From contig MU058844.1 in assembly GCA_013265495.1 (NCBI GenBank), positions 13,476,184 through 13,540,183 of the forward strand: a stretch of DNA of 64,000 nt, given 5' to 3'. Origin of the DNA: Vicugna vicugna. Lineage: Eukaryota. Below, one piece after another: positions 38,861 through 52,109 of this stretch (the first letter of the stretch is position 1; each line of letters begins with the position of its first letter). A program made the translations under genes and the position numbers. The notes below the pieces were generated by a model. That model did no database searches, was not told where the DNA came from, and saw nothing but the letters and a program-made list of their open reading frames with translations.

Positions 38861-39270
38861 CGGGCCTCTTTGCAGCTTGGCCTCTCTCCGGGGGCTGCCC
38901 AGGCGCCTTTTCTGAAGTTCAGGTGGACAGTGAGGAAGCGCTGTCTAGAGGACCCCCGCAAGGAGAGCGCAGGCTGCTCCGCTGAGCAGCGCAGGCACAC
39001 AGGTATTCCGCTAACCGAAGCTGCTCGGCGCACGCACGGACCAAAACCATTAACTGTACCTACTAAATGTCAGGGAACGTGCCGTTTGTGCCTACACGAC
39101 CGTGATTCTGAATGAAGCATGGATGATCCTTTATTCAAACCCTCAGGAGAGCTCTAGGACCTCACTTTCCCTTCGCACTGCTGCTGTTTTGATCGTTCGC
39201 TTCAGTACTTCCCCGTCTCTGGACGGAGTCCGAGTGGGGTGCGTCTGCGCACGCGCGAGTGTCGTGTGCG
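38861..39270. promoter_or_regulatory. Small CpG island (candidate promoter or enhancer)
   Basis: About 31 CpG in ~410 bp by hand count, in a strongly CpG-depleted window. NRF1-type 'tgcgcacgcgcg' at 39246-39257. Confidence 0.65.
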
Positions 39271-39499
39271 TGTATGTTTGTGAGCTTGTGTGTGTGTATA
39301 GTATATATGTCTTCGTATCTTCATAGTTCTCTTCTGGACGTGTTATCCTGGATCCCTCAAGCTGCTCTCAAGATTATTTCCTCTCCAACCTTCCGTTCTT
39401 ATGCTTCTGGTCTCAACGTGTAGCGTCATCATTCACCCATCACACTTGCCTTCGGTCCTGTTCACTCTCCCAAGCCCCTTCTGGGCCACCTTATTCACT

Positions 39500-39730
39500 C
39501 CTCCCCAAGGCAATATCACATTGCCCACTTCATTTCCTCCACATCATTCATCACGTATTTATACAATTAAGTTCGTTTCTTGTTTACTTATTTTTGTCTG
39601 TCTCTCCTACTAGGATATAAGCTCAAGGAGGCAGGCATCTTTTCTGTGCTATTCCCTGCTATAGCCTTGGGACAATGCTTGACGTGTGGTAGCCACTCAA
39701 TAAATGTTGATTAAATAAAAGAATGAATCA
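39500..39730 (+). mobile_element. L2 3' end
   Basis: 'ttgtctgtctctcctactaggatataagctcaaggaggcagg...cactcaataaatgttgattaaataaaagaatgaat'. Confidence 0.85.
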
Positions 39731-40289
39731 ATACTTACCCTACTGACTTCTATCTCTGTAATTTCTGGCAAATCACTTTTCCCCATCCCTGCTGCACCTA
39801 GGCAGTTAGAGTCAGTACAGTGTTTCAGATTGGCGGCTGCAAGGGCCTCCATCCTGCTTTCCTTGCTTTCATGCTCACGATTCTCTGAATCATTGTCTAC
39901 CTTGTAGCCTAGGATCTTTCTAAACTGCAGATTGGCTCTTGGTCATTGGTCTGTTCAAACACCTTAAGTAGTTCCCATTACAATGTGCTTTGCAAACCTT
40001 TCTACAAGGGTCCTCTAATGGCGGAGAAGAGAATGGGGCTGGAGGAGATAGAACCTCCAGTTACCCAGTTACATCACAAGCACAAAATATCTTAGGAATC
40101 TCATGATTTATCTTACAAATGAATGCAAATTTTGCAGTCTACTCCTTTAGTAACAGATACTTTAAATGACTCACCACTAAGCAGAACCAATGCTTCAGGA
40201 AGACGTTTCTTGTTTATCCTGTGGTTTTGGGATATGGGCCGTACCAGGATATCAAAGTCTTGAGAAACACAAAGGCAGATGAAGTTCAG

Positions 40290-40650
40290 ATAAATTTATC
40301 TGGTGCACAAGGCCCTTTGAAATCTGGTTCCTAATTACCTCTCCCCCCCTCACCTCTTGCCATTCTTTTACACTCGCCTAAGCCCCGCTTATTTCAATGC
40401 CACGCTCATGTTCAAGGCTGGGTTTGGTCCTGGTCCCCCTTCTCTGCTCTCCCTTAGAACCTTGTGCATCTTCAACCCAGGCATTATTCGACCTTACTGT
40501 TTATTTCTGTGTCTGTAGCACTAACCTATGAACCCTTAAGAAAAAAAAAGATGTGCCTTATTGTAACCCAAACCTGGTACAATGCCTGGTGTATCTCAGA
40601 CACTCCATAAACATCTATGGAATGAATTGGTGAATGAGTGAATGGATTAT
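40290..40650 (+). mobile_element. L2 3' end
   Basis: 'acaaggccctttgaaatctggttcc', 'gtacaatgcctgg...cactccataaacatctatggaatgaat'. Confidence 0.75.
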
Positions 40651-43600
40651 CACTTGTTCCAAGCAAATACTCATTTAAAGCTATAAGGATCCTTATATAT
40701 GAGAATAAGTGATACTGGATTTCATTACCTCTCCACCTCCCTCTTTTACCCTTCCTTCCCAATACAGACATGTGAAAAGATAAATTCATTCAGGGATGAT
40801 TTGATTGGCAGAACTGAAAACTACTATATTGCCCAAGACCCATGCACCAATCTAAATTTACTAAGGGGTGTAAATTTCAAAGAGCTTTTCTCTCACTTGA
40901 GAATTTGAAGAACTTTTGAAGGTACAAAGACTCCCTAGCTTGAAGCATCAATTAAAGAATGGATTTTTGATGGCATTGTTTTTCCTGATCTAGAAGACAC
41001 CTAGAAATCAGATGTAATCTGCAAGGGCTTCAGAGGGGAGTTGAGCCCAGGCTTAAAAAAGACAATCGACCTGGCTGTTCCATTGTCACATGATATGTGA
41101 CAATGTCAAGAATCATAACTTGTCCACCCAGTATCTCATCTGTTTCTAACACTTACTATCACATGTTGTCATTGGGACTCTAAAGTCTGATCAGCTGGGC
41201 TTTCCTTGAATGATCTGATGAGCTAATCCTAGGGTTCAGTGTTTGCAAAAAAAAAAAAAAAAAGCAACACTTTGCTAGTGAAGTACAACTAGTGGGGCCC
41301 CTATGCCTTCAGGGTCTCTTAGAATTATTTTGGCTAAAACCAAACATCACCTGCATTTTATGGAGTTTTCAGTCCTGCATGACAGATGCTCAAGAGGGAA
41401 GTTCTGCAGCTGCAGTCTTTTTACACAGGAAAGTGATTTGCTCTTATTAAATGGGGACCAGAGGGAGACGAGGAGGAAGAGGAAGCAACAGAAAGGGGTC
41501 TGGCTCCAAGGCCATCCCATCCCTAGGTGCCGGGTGCATATGGCAGTTGGCTGAGAATTGACGTCTAGCAGCTGTGAGTCCCATCCTCTGAGAGCTCAGA
41601 GTCCCTGACCAACACTGGCTCCAATACATGATTAAGCACCATTCAGCCAACTATACAAATATTCAACAATCAAAATGGACTGAAATAAAAGTACAAGCAA
41701 ATAAGTAAGAATCCTCCACCCCCTACACTGCAGTATAGAATATAAATCGAGATGCTTTCTTTATAAATAGCTCACAGTGGACTTTTCCTGAACAACTTCA
41801 TTCATCACCGGCTCAGAGGGTGTCCTTTCTTATGCACGAGCTATGATTTGGAGGATGTTGAGCACATAGGATTCATCATTTAGAGTGTTTGCTAATTTTG
41901 CTACAGTGTTTCCAATCAGTACAGATGAAAAAGGAGTGTACATGTTATTAATTAATGATAATAAATTATTAATTGTCTCTGGCTTGGCAAAGCAGAAGCA
42001 GCCTATCTGGAGACTGCTCCACAGACTCGTTTGCAGGCACTTCGTCCTGAGATTAGCAGAAGCAGGGTCACAAACAGTCTTTTTAGGCACCACCATCCAT
42101 TTTCTGAACAGTGGAGACCCGTGTCGGCTTCTCCTCAGTCACAGCCAGAGCATCTTTGTTTTTATGTTACATTTTCCAGATGTGATTTTAAAAAATTTTT
42201 TTAAATGTACAGCTGAAAAAGTTTTGGAAAACTACTCAATAATTAGAAAGATAAACAGAGTTAGGCAGACAGAGTCCATATATAGAACATTGCAGTTCTG
42301 TATTAAAAAACACTGCTTCCAGCCATAAGACTTTGTGAATTTAAACTCTCCTTCACCAACATCCAAACATATTTAAAATATTCTTTCCCACTTAAAAAAA
42401 ATAAAAGAATTAATAAAGGAATAATGGCCTCCAAATATCCAGTGTCTACCTGTTTCTTTAAATTAGGGGTTATGATTAAGTTACTAAATTTATGTGCCTA
42501 TTTTAGATGAGTTAATCTGAAAACCATTGTTTGTATCCATTCAAGTGACTTTCACTAATTTATTTTATTGAGGAAGCAAAAACCTGTGACTATGACATGT
42601 AAATTCATAGAAATTAAATGCCGCTGAGTCCATCCTTGATGTGGTCTTTTTCAGGACTGAGATTATTGACTAACCCCCAACACTGAGAATCCATTTCTCA
42701 AGCATCCTGATTGACAGACGAGAAAAGCCAAGATCAGAGAGCCGGCTGGGCACTTTAGCAGCCGTGCTCTAAACAGAGGCGAACGTGGAGAGAGCCGAGC
42801 ACTCCATTTCTCTCTTTCTGGAGAGAAGATAATCCTCTGCTTTCTATTGCAGCTTTTTTTTTATTTTAAATCACCGTGAAATGAAGTTCTCACTACATAA
42901 TGCGTCTCCAAACTCCAGTTATTGACAGGGTTTCACAGGAATCAAAGTCAGGCATCTGGAGTAGACTCTGAGGTCGTTTCTCCCCTATACCCTGTGTCCC
43001 CCTAGTCATCCACAATCCTGCCAGGACCATCCTGGAGGTGAAGCAATCTTTTTTATTTGTAATAGTTCCAGCACAAGTTATGCAACAATTTATTTCTTTA
43101 ATTTTAATTGGAAATTTACATATATACATACTTCTGTACATTCTATTACCTCTTTTCCTTTAAAATACACAGATACTTTCTAGGAAATATTTCATTTCAC
43201 AAATGTTATACCCTTTATGACTATCGACTTTATATTCATTCCCTAAGCTTTCCTTTGTTCTGAATTTCTTCCTTTCTCCATTCCTTTTTCTCCTTAGCTA
43301 AACCATCAAATGACTCTCCTACTCTTTTACATTTTTACTGATAAGCAGTTCCTGTAATTAATAACCTTATCTTTCTGTCTGTGAGAAAAACAAATTTAAT
43401 GCATTTTAATAAGGAACTTGGAAGGCTAAGGAGACATTTTATTGCCATGTTGATTTTGATAAGACTAGAAAAAACCAGGTGGGCTGGTGACTGCTTATAA
43501 TAATTAGTATTTGCGCACTCTTTTGTTACTCTTGATATTGGTGCTTCAATATTTTTTATAGGTGTGTTTCTAAATACCTAGTTATATAAAGTAGAATTCA

Positions 43601-43805
43601 TTGGCAAGCAAATCTCATTGAACACAGGATGGTATTAAAGTCACTTTATCTTTATATCTGATTGGAATCTTGTGTTTATTACTCTCAGCTGACCAACCAA
43701 CAGGGCTGAGCCTCAGAAGACATGGTGCCAGCTCCTCCAAAAATGTGCTTTTGATTTGGGGAAAACAGCCTGATTGTGTTTCCTTTTCTATAAATCGGGA
43801 ATGAG

Positions 43806-43835
43806 TGTGTATGTGTGTGTGTGTGTGTGTGTGTG
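43806..43835. repeat. (TG)n microsatellite, within a probable MIR3 fragment
   Basis: Seen directly. Confidence 0.9.
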
Positions 43836-46214
43836 CCTAAAAGATCTCTAAAATCTCTTCCAGATCCAGCATTCTGCAATTGCAGCTAATTCATTTGAAA
43901 GGGGAAAAAAAAAAAGCCTATTTCAAAAAAAAAAATGTTGCTTTGAGGCTTTTAAAGTTAAAAATCCTTTGAAATGTGAATAATTGGGTCTCCATTCATC
44001 TGGGGCTAAATGTTTGTACATCCGAAAAACAGGCTGAATAAAGCCGATTCCTTTGAAATTGGTGAAGTCTGTGAGATCATGATGGGTCCTGAACAGAAAG
44101 AACTCTGTGAGGGCCATCAGAGTGGCTCTGCCCTTATTTCCTGCTCATCCACACACTAAATCCTGTGAAGTGAGTGTGTCTGTAATTTCGTTTTACAAAG
44201 AGGAACACTTTCGGTGTTGCACAGAGTGGCTACTTGTCCTGGGCAGGGCCATACAGAGTCACACAGAGTAGGGGGAAGTGGATAAACATCCTGATTGTCC
44301 AGGCTATGGTGATTTTTTCGGTACAAATCTTACTTTGGGTGTCCCTAGGACTGTTCCCTTCAAGTTGAGGGCAGAAAATGAATGAGAGTAAACCCTCTTC
44401 AGAAGGGACTGCCCACCAACTAGGAAAGCAGATGGTTAGTTGGGTGTCTGACAGATCTTCTCCAGTAGGCTATAAGCTCTCAGAGGGAAGGGGTCCTATT
44501 TTATTGAATTAAATGAATTAAGATGGAAGTAGTACTCTTCCTTCCCCCATGCTCACATCTGGCCTCTTTCCACTTTGGCTGTGTCCCTCATTTTCCATTT
44601 GTAATGTTGAGAGTGTTCATTTATTCTTCAGGGCAGGGAAAAGACCATTTTTTTTGTAACCTCCTATAGTACCCAGCACTTCGCCAGGTTCTCCAATATT
44701 TTCCAGCTCTGTGACTCTGAATAACTCCTTGCTGATTGGTGAATCACCTGGGCTGACTCCAGGGAAAATGAGAAGTTTTGGATTTGGAACCCTTTGATAA
44801 ACTCCTGCTTTAGTCTCCCATGGTAGTCCTCCCCTCCACCATCCCCACTAGTCTGTTTTGAAAAGTATGAATTCTCAGTTAATCCCTCAGGGTCCCAATC
44901 ACCCTTAAAGCAGAGGTCAAGACTCAAGGACTGTGGGCTTTAATCATGGTTTAAGGAAACAATTGCCCCCACTTTGGCATCCTGTCTCATTAGTGACACT
45001 CTCACTGGAAGATTCGAGCAGGTAACCAAAAGGAGTTTCTTGGCAAGGTTTCACAGTTTTTAAATCTGTCTTCAAATACCAACTACTCCTTTTCTACCTC
45101 TCATCTCTTCTTCAGAGGGCAAAGCTTTAACCATTATATAATGTATATATTTTTGAGCCTGTATTTTGTATCATACATCATGTGTGACTATTACACTAAT
45201 TTAAAAAAAAAGATGTTTATTGAAATAAGTTGTTCACTACTGTAAAATTCTAATGATAATCAAACCAGAGCAATAGAGATTACTTTTCTGAGCATTTGGT
45301 CACAGCTTCAACAAATATTGTCTCTTTAAGAAATTATTATAAAAGGATTTCACCTACATTTATAAAGATGTCTTCTTTTATTTATTCTTTGGTGCTTCTG
45401 AATGTTAAATTTTACTGGCATTTCTTTGTCCGTGCTCAGCAAGTTAAGACAGCATCATCATTGATTTTTGAGTCATCTTAGAATAAATGTATTTATTCCT
45501 TCTTTTTCCTCCAAAGAAATAAAATCTATGTGCTGTGCACGTGGGTTAGGGAAAGTAACAATGGGGGGATTGTTCCAGTCCTTGATACTGCCTAACCTCA
45601 GAGGTAAGGACTGTAATTCTTTCAAGCACTGTCCTCTAGTGGGGAAAATAAATATTAGCACTTTTAGAACAAGCATTGCTGTTCAGAGACTAGCACTTGC
45701 AAAGTGACCTTCACTAACCCACTCAGAACTTTTCCTTTTCCTAAAATTGACCCTTTTTACTCATGTGAGTTAAAGTATCTGTTAGTAAGGAAAGTTCTGT
45801 CATCACGTGTGCCTTTCCCTGTACCAGCTCAGCAGAAACTACTGAATAGATAGGTAAAGAGGGCTTGCAGTGAAGTACAGGTCCCCTGAGCATCATGGTA
45901 AAATGCAAAACAAAAAGAGCACAGTGCCTGTATTTTTAAAAATCAGTACTTTAATGGAAGTTTATTGGCAAAGTTGCCATTCTGAAATTAATTGTTATGT
46001 GGAACAAACATGTGCATTTCTTTGACTCCACGAACAACTCAAGTCTGGCTGGCCATCTAATGGGACAGCTCAGAATTTGTCTTTATACACGTCCCTTTGG
46101 GGTCCAATGATTATTCACCTTTTACAGATGGCTATTTCTTAATGTTATTTAGGGCAATGATTAACCTTGAAATTATGAGTGACTGTATAACAGGGTCTAT
46201 CAGATAAAGGTTTT

Positions 46215-46410
46215 GGGACACTAGAATCAGACAGACATGAATTAACCAATTATTGGTTAGTTGGCCTTTTAAAACCTCAGTTTCCTCAACTGTGAAATGG
46301 GGTTCATAACAGTTCCTTCCTCAAAGAATATAATCACGAACCCAAGAGATGATGCTGGAGAAATGCTTAACACAGCATCTGGCTCTTCACAAATACTTAA
46401 TAAACATTAG
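46215..46410 (+). mobile_element. MIR SINE
   Basis: 'cctcagtttcctcaactgtgaaatgggg...tgcttaacacagcatctggc...atacttaataaac'. Confidence 0.85.
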
Positions 46411-47475
46411 GTATTCTTTTATAGAGCTTTTGTAATTTTTTTTGAGAGATCTTTATCTCTAATCCATCTGCCAGTAGAGCACGTGGAAGACTATTTAAAA
46501 GTCATTACTGAGTTCCCTTTCTCCAGTTCCAGTCTTTGCTCGCTGTGCCTGCTCAGCTGGACTCATGCTTCTTCCTCTCCATTGAATTTTCATGTTTGAC
46601 ACCTCCTCAGGGGACTGTTCCATATCAGGTGTCATTTCACGTCAAGAAGCCAAATTTTGTGACTGCTTATAGACACTCTAGAGCATGCACACAGCCAAGC
46701 TGACTGGTCCTGCTATCAGTTCCCAGAATAGTGTTCCGACCTCCACATCTGAAGGAGCACAGACCACAGGCTTGTAAAAAGGGTGCTCCTGGGAAGCTAA
46801 GCTGGGGAGTTAACCTGCGAAACAGTCTACTTTTCATGGCCTCGTAGACTATGTCTAATGCCCTGCAAGGTTAGAAAATAATTTTCAGTGCATCTCTACC
46901 ATAAACAGCTTTATCCTTCCTATAAACCAGGTCAGTTGCCCAGCTGGAAATGTTTTCTGCAAGACTGTTATGGCCAATGGGGGGCTTCTGCACAGCTAAG
47001 CTCTGGATACAGTCCTCACCCCTGCTTTTCTCTGAAAGATGCCTTTGAGTCTTCATTCTTGCTCAGTGTCCTGTGAAAGATGCTAAAGTCCCTGCCACCT
47101 GATCCCAGTGTTTCATTACTGCCTGACCCTGACCTCCCTTCTTCTTTCCTCATAAACAAAGCTCAGATCTCCCTTGGGCTGGAGAAGGGTTGATGGTTGA
47201 GGTTAGAACAAGGGTGAGAAATCCAATTACTTGTTGCAGAAGCAAACCTATTGTGAATTCCTCAAAGACAGGTATACTGTCTTGTGCTTAAGGTGGGGAA
47301 AATCCCGAATGGAAGACTAAAGGGAGGACGCAGTGAGGCAATCAATTTCCAAATCTGTTTCTCATAACTGACACTTTGGCACAATTGAGAGAAATGACAA
47401 AGTGTGCTCTTACACTTCTTAGAGCTGAGCTCCAAAGACAGAAGGAAAATGAATCACTAAAAGGCCTTCCCAGTA

Positions 47476-47744
47476 CAGGCATACCTCAGAGATATTGTGG
47501 GTTCTGTTCCAGACTACCACAATAAAGGGAACATCCCAATATAAAAGTTACGTTTACTTGACGCTGTAGTCTATTAAGGGTTCAATAGCCTTATATCTAA
47601 AAGAAACCGCTGTACATGCCTTAATTAAAAATACTTTATTACTAAAAAAAAATTCTAACCATCATCGGAGCCTTCAATGAGCCATAATCATTGCTCATGG
47701 AGGACTTAAAATATTTTGAGAATTACCAAATGTGACACAGAGAC
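47476..47744. mobile_element. Tigger1-derived (TcMar) internally deleted element, one end
   Basis: TA followed by the terminal repeat 'caggcatacctcagagatattgtgggttctgttccagac', then 'tataaaagttacgttta...ctgtagtctattaag' and 'gagaattaccaaatgtgacacagagac'. Confidence 0.88.
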
Positions 47745-47749
47745 TGTGT

Positions 47750-48258
47750 TTGTATTATATAGGGATGTATTTGCCTGCAAGTAAGAAAAGTTAACCAATA
47801 ATGGTTTAAACAAATAGGGTTCTCTTTTGGACTTTGCAAGAAGTCTGAATATATACCATCTCAGAGCTTGTGTAGCAGCTCAAACACATCGTGGGAGATT
47901 TAGGCTCTCTCTGTTTTAACACTCTGCCATGCTTAGCATCATGCTTGTTTCTCATAGTCTCAGGATGGTTGCTGCAGCTCCTGCCGTTATGTCTGTGCTC
48001 ACAGCTGGGAGAAAGGGAGATAGGTGTGAAGCCAGCTATGTCTATGTTTTATTTAAAGAGGAAAAAAAAAAAACTTCTCACAAAAACTGTAGTAGCATAC
48101 TTCATATTATGAGTCCTTGACCAGAATTGTGTCACAAGACTTATAGAGAGGCTGAGAAATTGAGTATACAGTATTTATAGCCTTGATAGTGAAGGCAATC
48201 AAGAAATAATGGGATTGGGAAGGAGTGTCAAGTTAGGTAACCTATAATGTAGATCACA
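47750..48258 (-). mobile_element. Old MaLR LTR (MLT1J/I-like)
   Basis: 'tgcctgcaagtaagaaaa...ggtttaaacaaatagg', 'ggatggttgctgcagctcc', 'ccagaattgtgtcaca'. Confidence 0.7.
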
Positions 48259-48750
48259 ATATTGATTACCAAGCCAAAGCAAAACGAAACAGGGCCTGCA
48301 ATGACATTTCAACATAAAACTGGTTGATTTTTGCATCTGCTAATTTTCTGAATGAGTAACTAAATGCATACATGTCTCGTCGAAGTGTATAATGTTCCAG
48401 TATGTAGAAGCTTGGATAATCGAACGAATGAATGAATGAATGTTCTGAGGAAATTGGCACATAGAAAAGACTTTCTGAAACTCTACCCAGACAGCTGTTT
48501 TGACCATTTGACTTTCCATTGCTTATTTCAGTGAAAATTATTAATATGCCTGAATATAATCTTAATTGGTGAAGTTGGCATGCTTTTTTTCTCTTTATCA
48601 AATTTATTTTACCCATTATAAAAGCAATACATGTTCATCATAGAAAATTTAAAAAATAAAGTAGACATAGGAAATAAAATGTCCTAACTACCCACCACAT
48701 ATAAACTCTAGTTTTTTAATTACATTTTGTTCTAGTCTACTTGCTGTGCA

Positions 48751-48940
48751 TTTTTTAATTGAAGTATAGTTAATTTATAATGTTGTGTTAGCTTCAGGTG
48801 AACAGCAAAGTCATTCATATATATATATATTCTTTTTTAGATTCTTCTCCATTATAGGTTACCACAAGATATTAAATATAGTTCCCTGTGCTATACAGTA
48901 GGTCCTGGTTGTTTATCTATTTTATATACAATAGTGTGTC
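48751..48940 (-). mobile_element. Artiodactyl-type L1 3' end fragment
   Basis: 'ttaattgaagtatagttaattta...tttagattcttctccattataggtta...aatatagttccctgtgctatacagtaggtcct'. Confidence 0.9.
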
Positions 48941-49344
48941 AAGTTAGCATGCTTTTGAAAATTCCATTCAACAATCATTAATCAACCAATGGTTATAAGC
49001 TAAGAACTGTACAAGACCAAGGAGGTGCAAAGAAAAGTACGACAAGATTCCGACACTGAAGGAGCAAATAGTCAAGAAGGATAAAAAAATAAGCAAAGGG
49101 GTTTCATAGGACTCTAACGTGGGCCACCTAGCTCTGCCTGTGGGAATGAGAGAAGTCATGAAGTGCTGTGTGCGTGCTTTTGCATGGTGTGTGGTGAGGG
49201 GGATGAAAGGAAAAGGAGGAAGAGAAAAGAGAGGGAGGCGTTTTCAGACAAAGGGAAAGGCATGTGAAAGTCACAAAGGCACGTGAGTACACATCAAATA
49301 AGGCACATGTTTGGGTACGGCTGTGTGGCATAGTAAGAAGTTAA

Positions 49345-49540
49345 TGGATGTTGGCATCAAACATACTTGAGTTTGAATCCCAATTCAGGTTGTTCCTTGT
49401 GAGACCTGTTAAGCTCCTGAGTGTCTCAGTTTTCTCATCTCTAAAATGGGAAAATACCTCCACGATAGGGAATTTGGAGGATGAAGTGCAATAATATATG
49501 CACAACATTGGCTACAGTGTTTGAGACAAAGGACTCAGTG
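49345..49540 (+). mobile_element. MIR SINE
   Basis: 'gagtttgaatccca...gtctcagttttctcatctctaaaatggg'. Confidence 0.85.
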
Positions 49541-49671
49541 ACTTTATCTGTGGTAGTGGTTGGCATTTTCATCAGATGACCAAGGCTAGTCGTCATCATG
49601 TGAGAAGAATGGGGGACAAAGCAGGAAAGGTCAGCACGTGTAGAGCAGGAAGGACACACAGTGAGGCACGG

Positions 49672-50147
49672 TCGACTGCAAATTATAGCCACAAATCCCT
49701 CACACCCCTCTAGTCATGCCCCTTTGCAATGTGATGCTGCTCTTCTTTCTACCAGGAAGTGAAATCTGTTTCTCCAACCTGTCAGATCTTGTGACTCATT
49801 TTGACCAATAGGGTGTGGAAGAGGTGACTGTGTGAGCATCTGAGGTCCCAGGAAACATTTCCAACTTTTACATTCACTCTTTTGGAATCCAGCTGCCCCA
49901 CGAGAAGATCCCAGCCAGCCCCCTGGAGAGTCCACATGGAGGAGAACTGAGGCACCCTGTCCGACATCCCCAGGTGACTGCCACCTTGGGCCTGCCAGTC
50001 CCTGTCTGGGCTGCCACCTGACCAGGAAACACATGAGTGGGTCCCACAAATACCACCGGGAGACCCAGAATTGTGATGAAACACGTGGGTGTTGTTTGGA
50101 GCCACTGAGTTTGGGGTGGTTCGTTACGCAGCAATAGATAACTGAAA
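49672..50147 (+). mobile_element. MaLR solo LTR (MLT1F/G/H-like)
   Basis: 'ttttgaccaatag', 'ccacatggaggagaactgagg', ending 'gccactgagtttggggtggttcgttacgcagcaatagataactga'. Confidence 0.88.
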
Positions 50148-50394
50148 GAGATGCCTTAGGAAGTTAGATATATCCTAGGAAATAACGAAGAATTGTTGAA
50201 AGATTTTAAACAGGGTAATGACCTCAACAGTGTTCTTATTTTACAAATTTAACTCCCATGTAAGCACAGAGGATACTCTGAATAGGATGTTACTGAAAGC
50301 AGACAAAGGAGGCAGAAGGTATTAGGAGCATAACAGTAAAACTTGACGAGGATTTGGAAGATACCAGGAGAACAGCCAAGACAGAACTACCTTC

Positions 50395-50520
50395 CTGCAC
50401 ATGCATCCTCAGAAGGGTTTAATGCTCTGCGGAATCCTTCTTGAAATTCTTAATAATTTTTGAACAAGGAGCTTGTGTTTTCACTTTGCACTGGACCCCA
50501 TAAATTATGTAGCTGGTCCT
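50395..50520 (+). mobile_element. MER53 (hAT) fragment
   Basis: 'ggtttaatgctctgc...cttgaaattcttaataatttttgaacaagg...tttgcactggaccccataaattatgtagctggtcct'. Confidence 0.85.
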
Positions 50521-51156
50521 AAGGAAGGAACTAACAGAAACACCTCCAGGCCTGGCCCATCACAGGAAACAAATGACACAATATATTCCTGATTGTAGCA
50601 GCTTTGAATTGTCTGAGGCCCAAGTCAGGATCCAAGTGAAGGTCTGAGTCCCTCAGGAGCAGTCAAGCTTTGGTTACTTCAATGCTAAAATGAGTGGCAA
50701 GTCCACACAATAGAAATAGCAAGAATAAGAAAAGTGTTTCTAATCTCCCTCCTAAAAGCTTCCTGAGCGGCTTTGAATGAGTCAAGTTTTTCCAGCTTCC
50801 TCATTCATGAAATAAGGTGCTGGTCCTGTCCTTACCCAGCTCACCAGAGTGTGACAGTTAAAAGACATGTGAATGAAGCACTTGAAATTCCCCGCAAAGG
50901 AATGCATTCAACTAAACAGAAGTACTAAAAGTAATTCAAGTAACAATAATAATCCTCACGCCAGTGTCCTCAACCCAGGTCCTTCTGGGGTGGCTATGAC
51001 TGCATCCTCTTCAGAATACTTAGAATCAAAATGCCTGTGACTTTTCTGAGATAAGGAGACAATAGTAAATCGATAAGCACTTGACAGGCTGGCTCTGTGT
51101 TGACATGGTGTTGACTGTTTTGTTCATTTACATTGTCTTATAGTTTACGTCTTCTG

Positions 51157-51430
51157 CATTCATTCATCCATCCAAAAATTATTGAACACAATTGATTATG
51201 TACCAGGCATCATGTTAGGTGCTAGAAAGAAGAACCAGAACGAGTCCCTGCATTCAAGAAGCTCACAGTGTGTAAAGGAGACTGACACACACAGAAAGCA
51301 ACTAGCAGGTAACGTGGCAGTGTTAAAACAGTCACAAACCATAAATGTTAGTGGAACACATAGAAGGAAACTATTGTCGTTGGAAAAGAGAATGAGAGCC
51401 TCCCTGAGGAATTAACATTGAATTGCTAGG
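51157..51430 (-). mobile_element. L2 3' end
   Basis: 'cattcattcatccatccaaaaattattgaac...tatgtaccaggcatcatgttaggtgctag...ccctgcattcaagaagctcacagt'. Confidence 0.85.
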
Positions 51431-51773
51431 AATTAATTTTGGCATGTTAAGAAGAAATAGGGAATTTTTAAGATTAGGAAATTATTCAAACTTTGAAAAT
51501 AATCCTGCTCTCAGAATGCCATATACATATGGGCATTATTTTTTTTTTAACAACCATATTGTTTTTGTTTTCTGAAAAGCCAATCAGCCTTATGATCTGA
51601 TAATCAGTTGCTGTGTGACCTTGGCAATTCACCCAAACATTTATCAATGAGTATTTTGAGTCCCTTAAACCTTCTGAGCTTCAGTTTCTTCTGAAAATGA
51701 GAGATTTAGAAATAGATAATGCATAAGATGGCTTTGAGATTAAAAAAAAAAAAAACAACCCAACAGACTGATC

Positions 51774-51872
51774 TTATTTATTTTCTTTAATGGAGGTACT
51801 GGGGATTGAACCCAGGATCTCCTGCGTGTTAAGCATGTGCTTTACCACTGAGCTATTTCCCTCCCCCCCCCC
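51774..51872 (-). mobile_element. tRNA-derived SINE (Vic-1-like, short-tail form)
   Basis: Reverse complement reads 'gggagggaaatagctcagtggtaaagcacatgcttaacacgcaggagatcctgggttcaatccccagtacctccattaaagaaaataaat'. Confidence 0.9.
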
Positions 51873-52109
51873 ACACAAGGCTGCTTTTAAAATGAATAAT
51901 CAGGACACACTTATGAAATGTTAGTGATTTCAGTATGGTTACTCTGAGGAGTGGTACTTATACTCCAAAGGTGCCACCATTGTTCAAAATATTTTTTGCA
52001 GCTAAACTTTGGAACTAACTTAATGATTTGAGGACTTTAGTGGGAACAAATCTAAAGAATAGGGGAAATTTTTTCTCTAAGTAAGAAATCCCTTTGTATG
52101 GACTTTACC

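Noticed and set aside
41885..42328. 147-aa ORF
   Set aside because: It has a non-ATG start, no recognisable domain and no exon-like splice context or codon bias.
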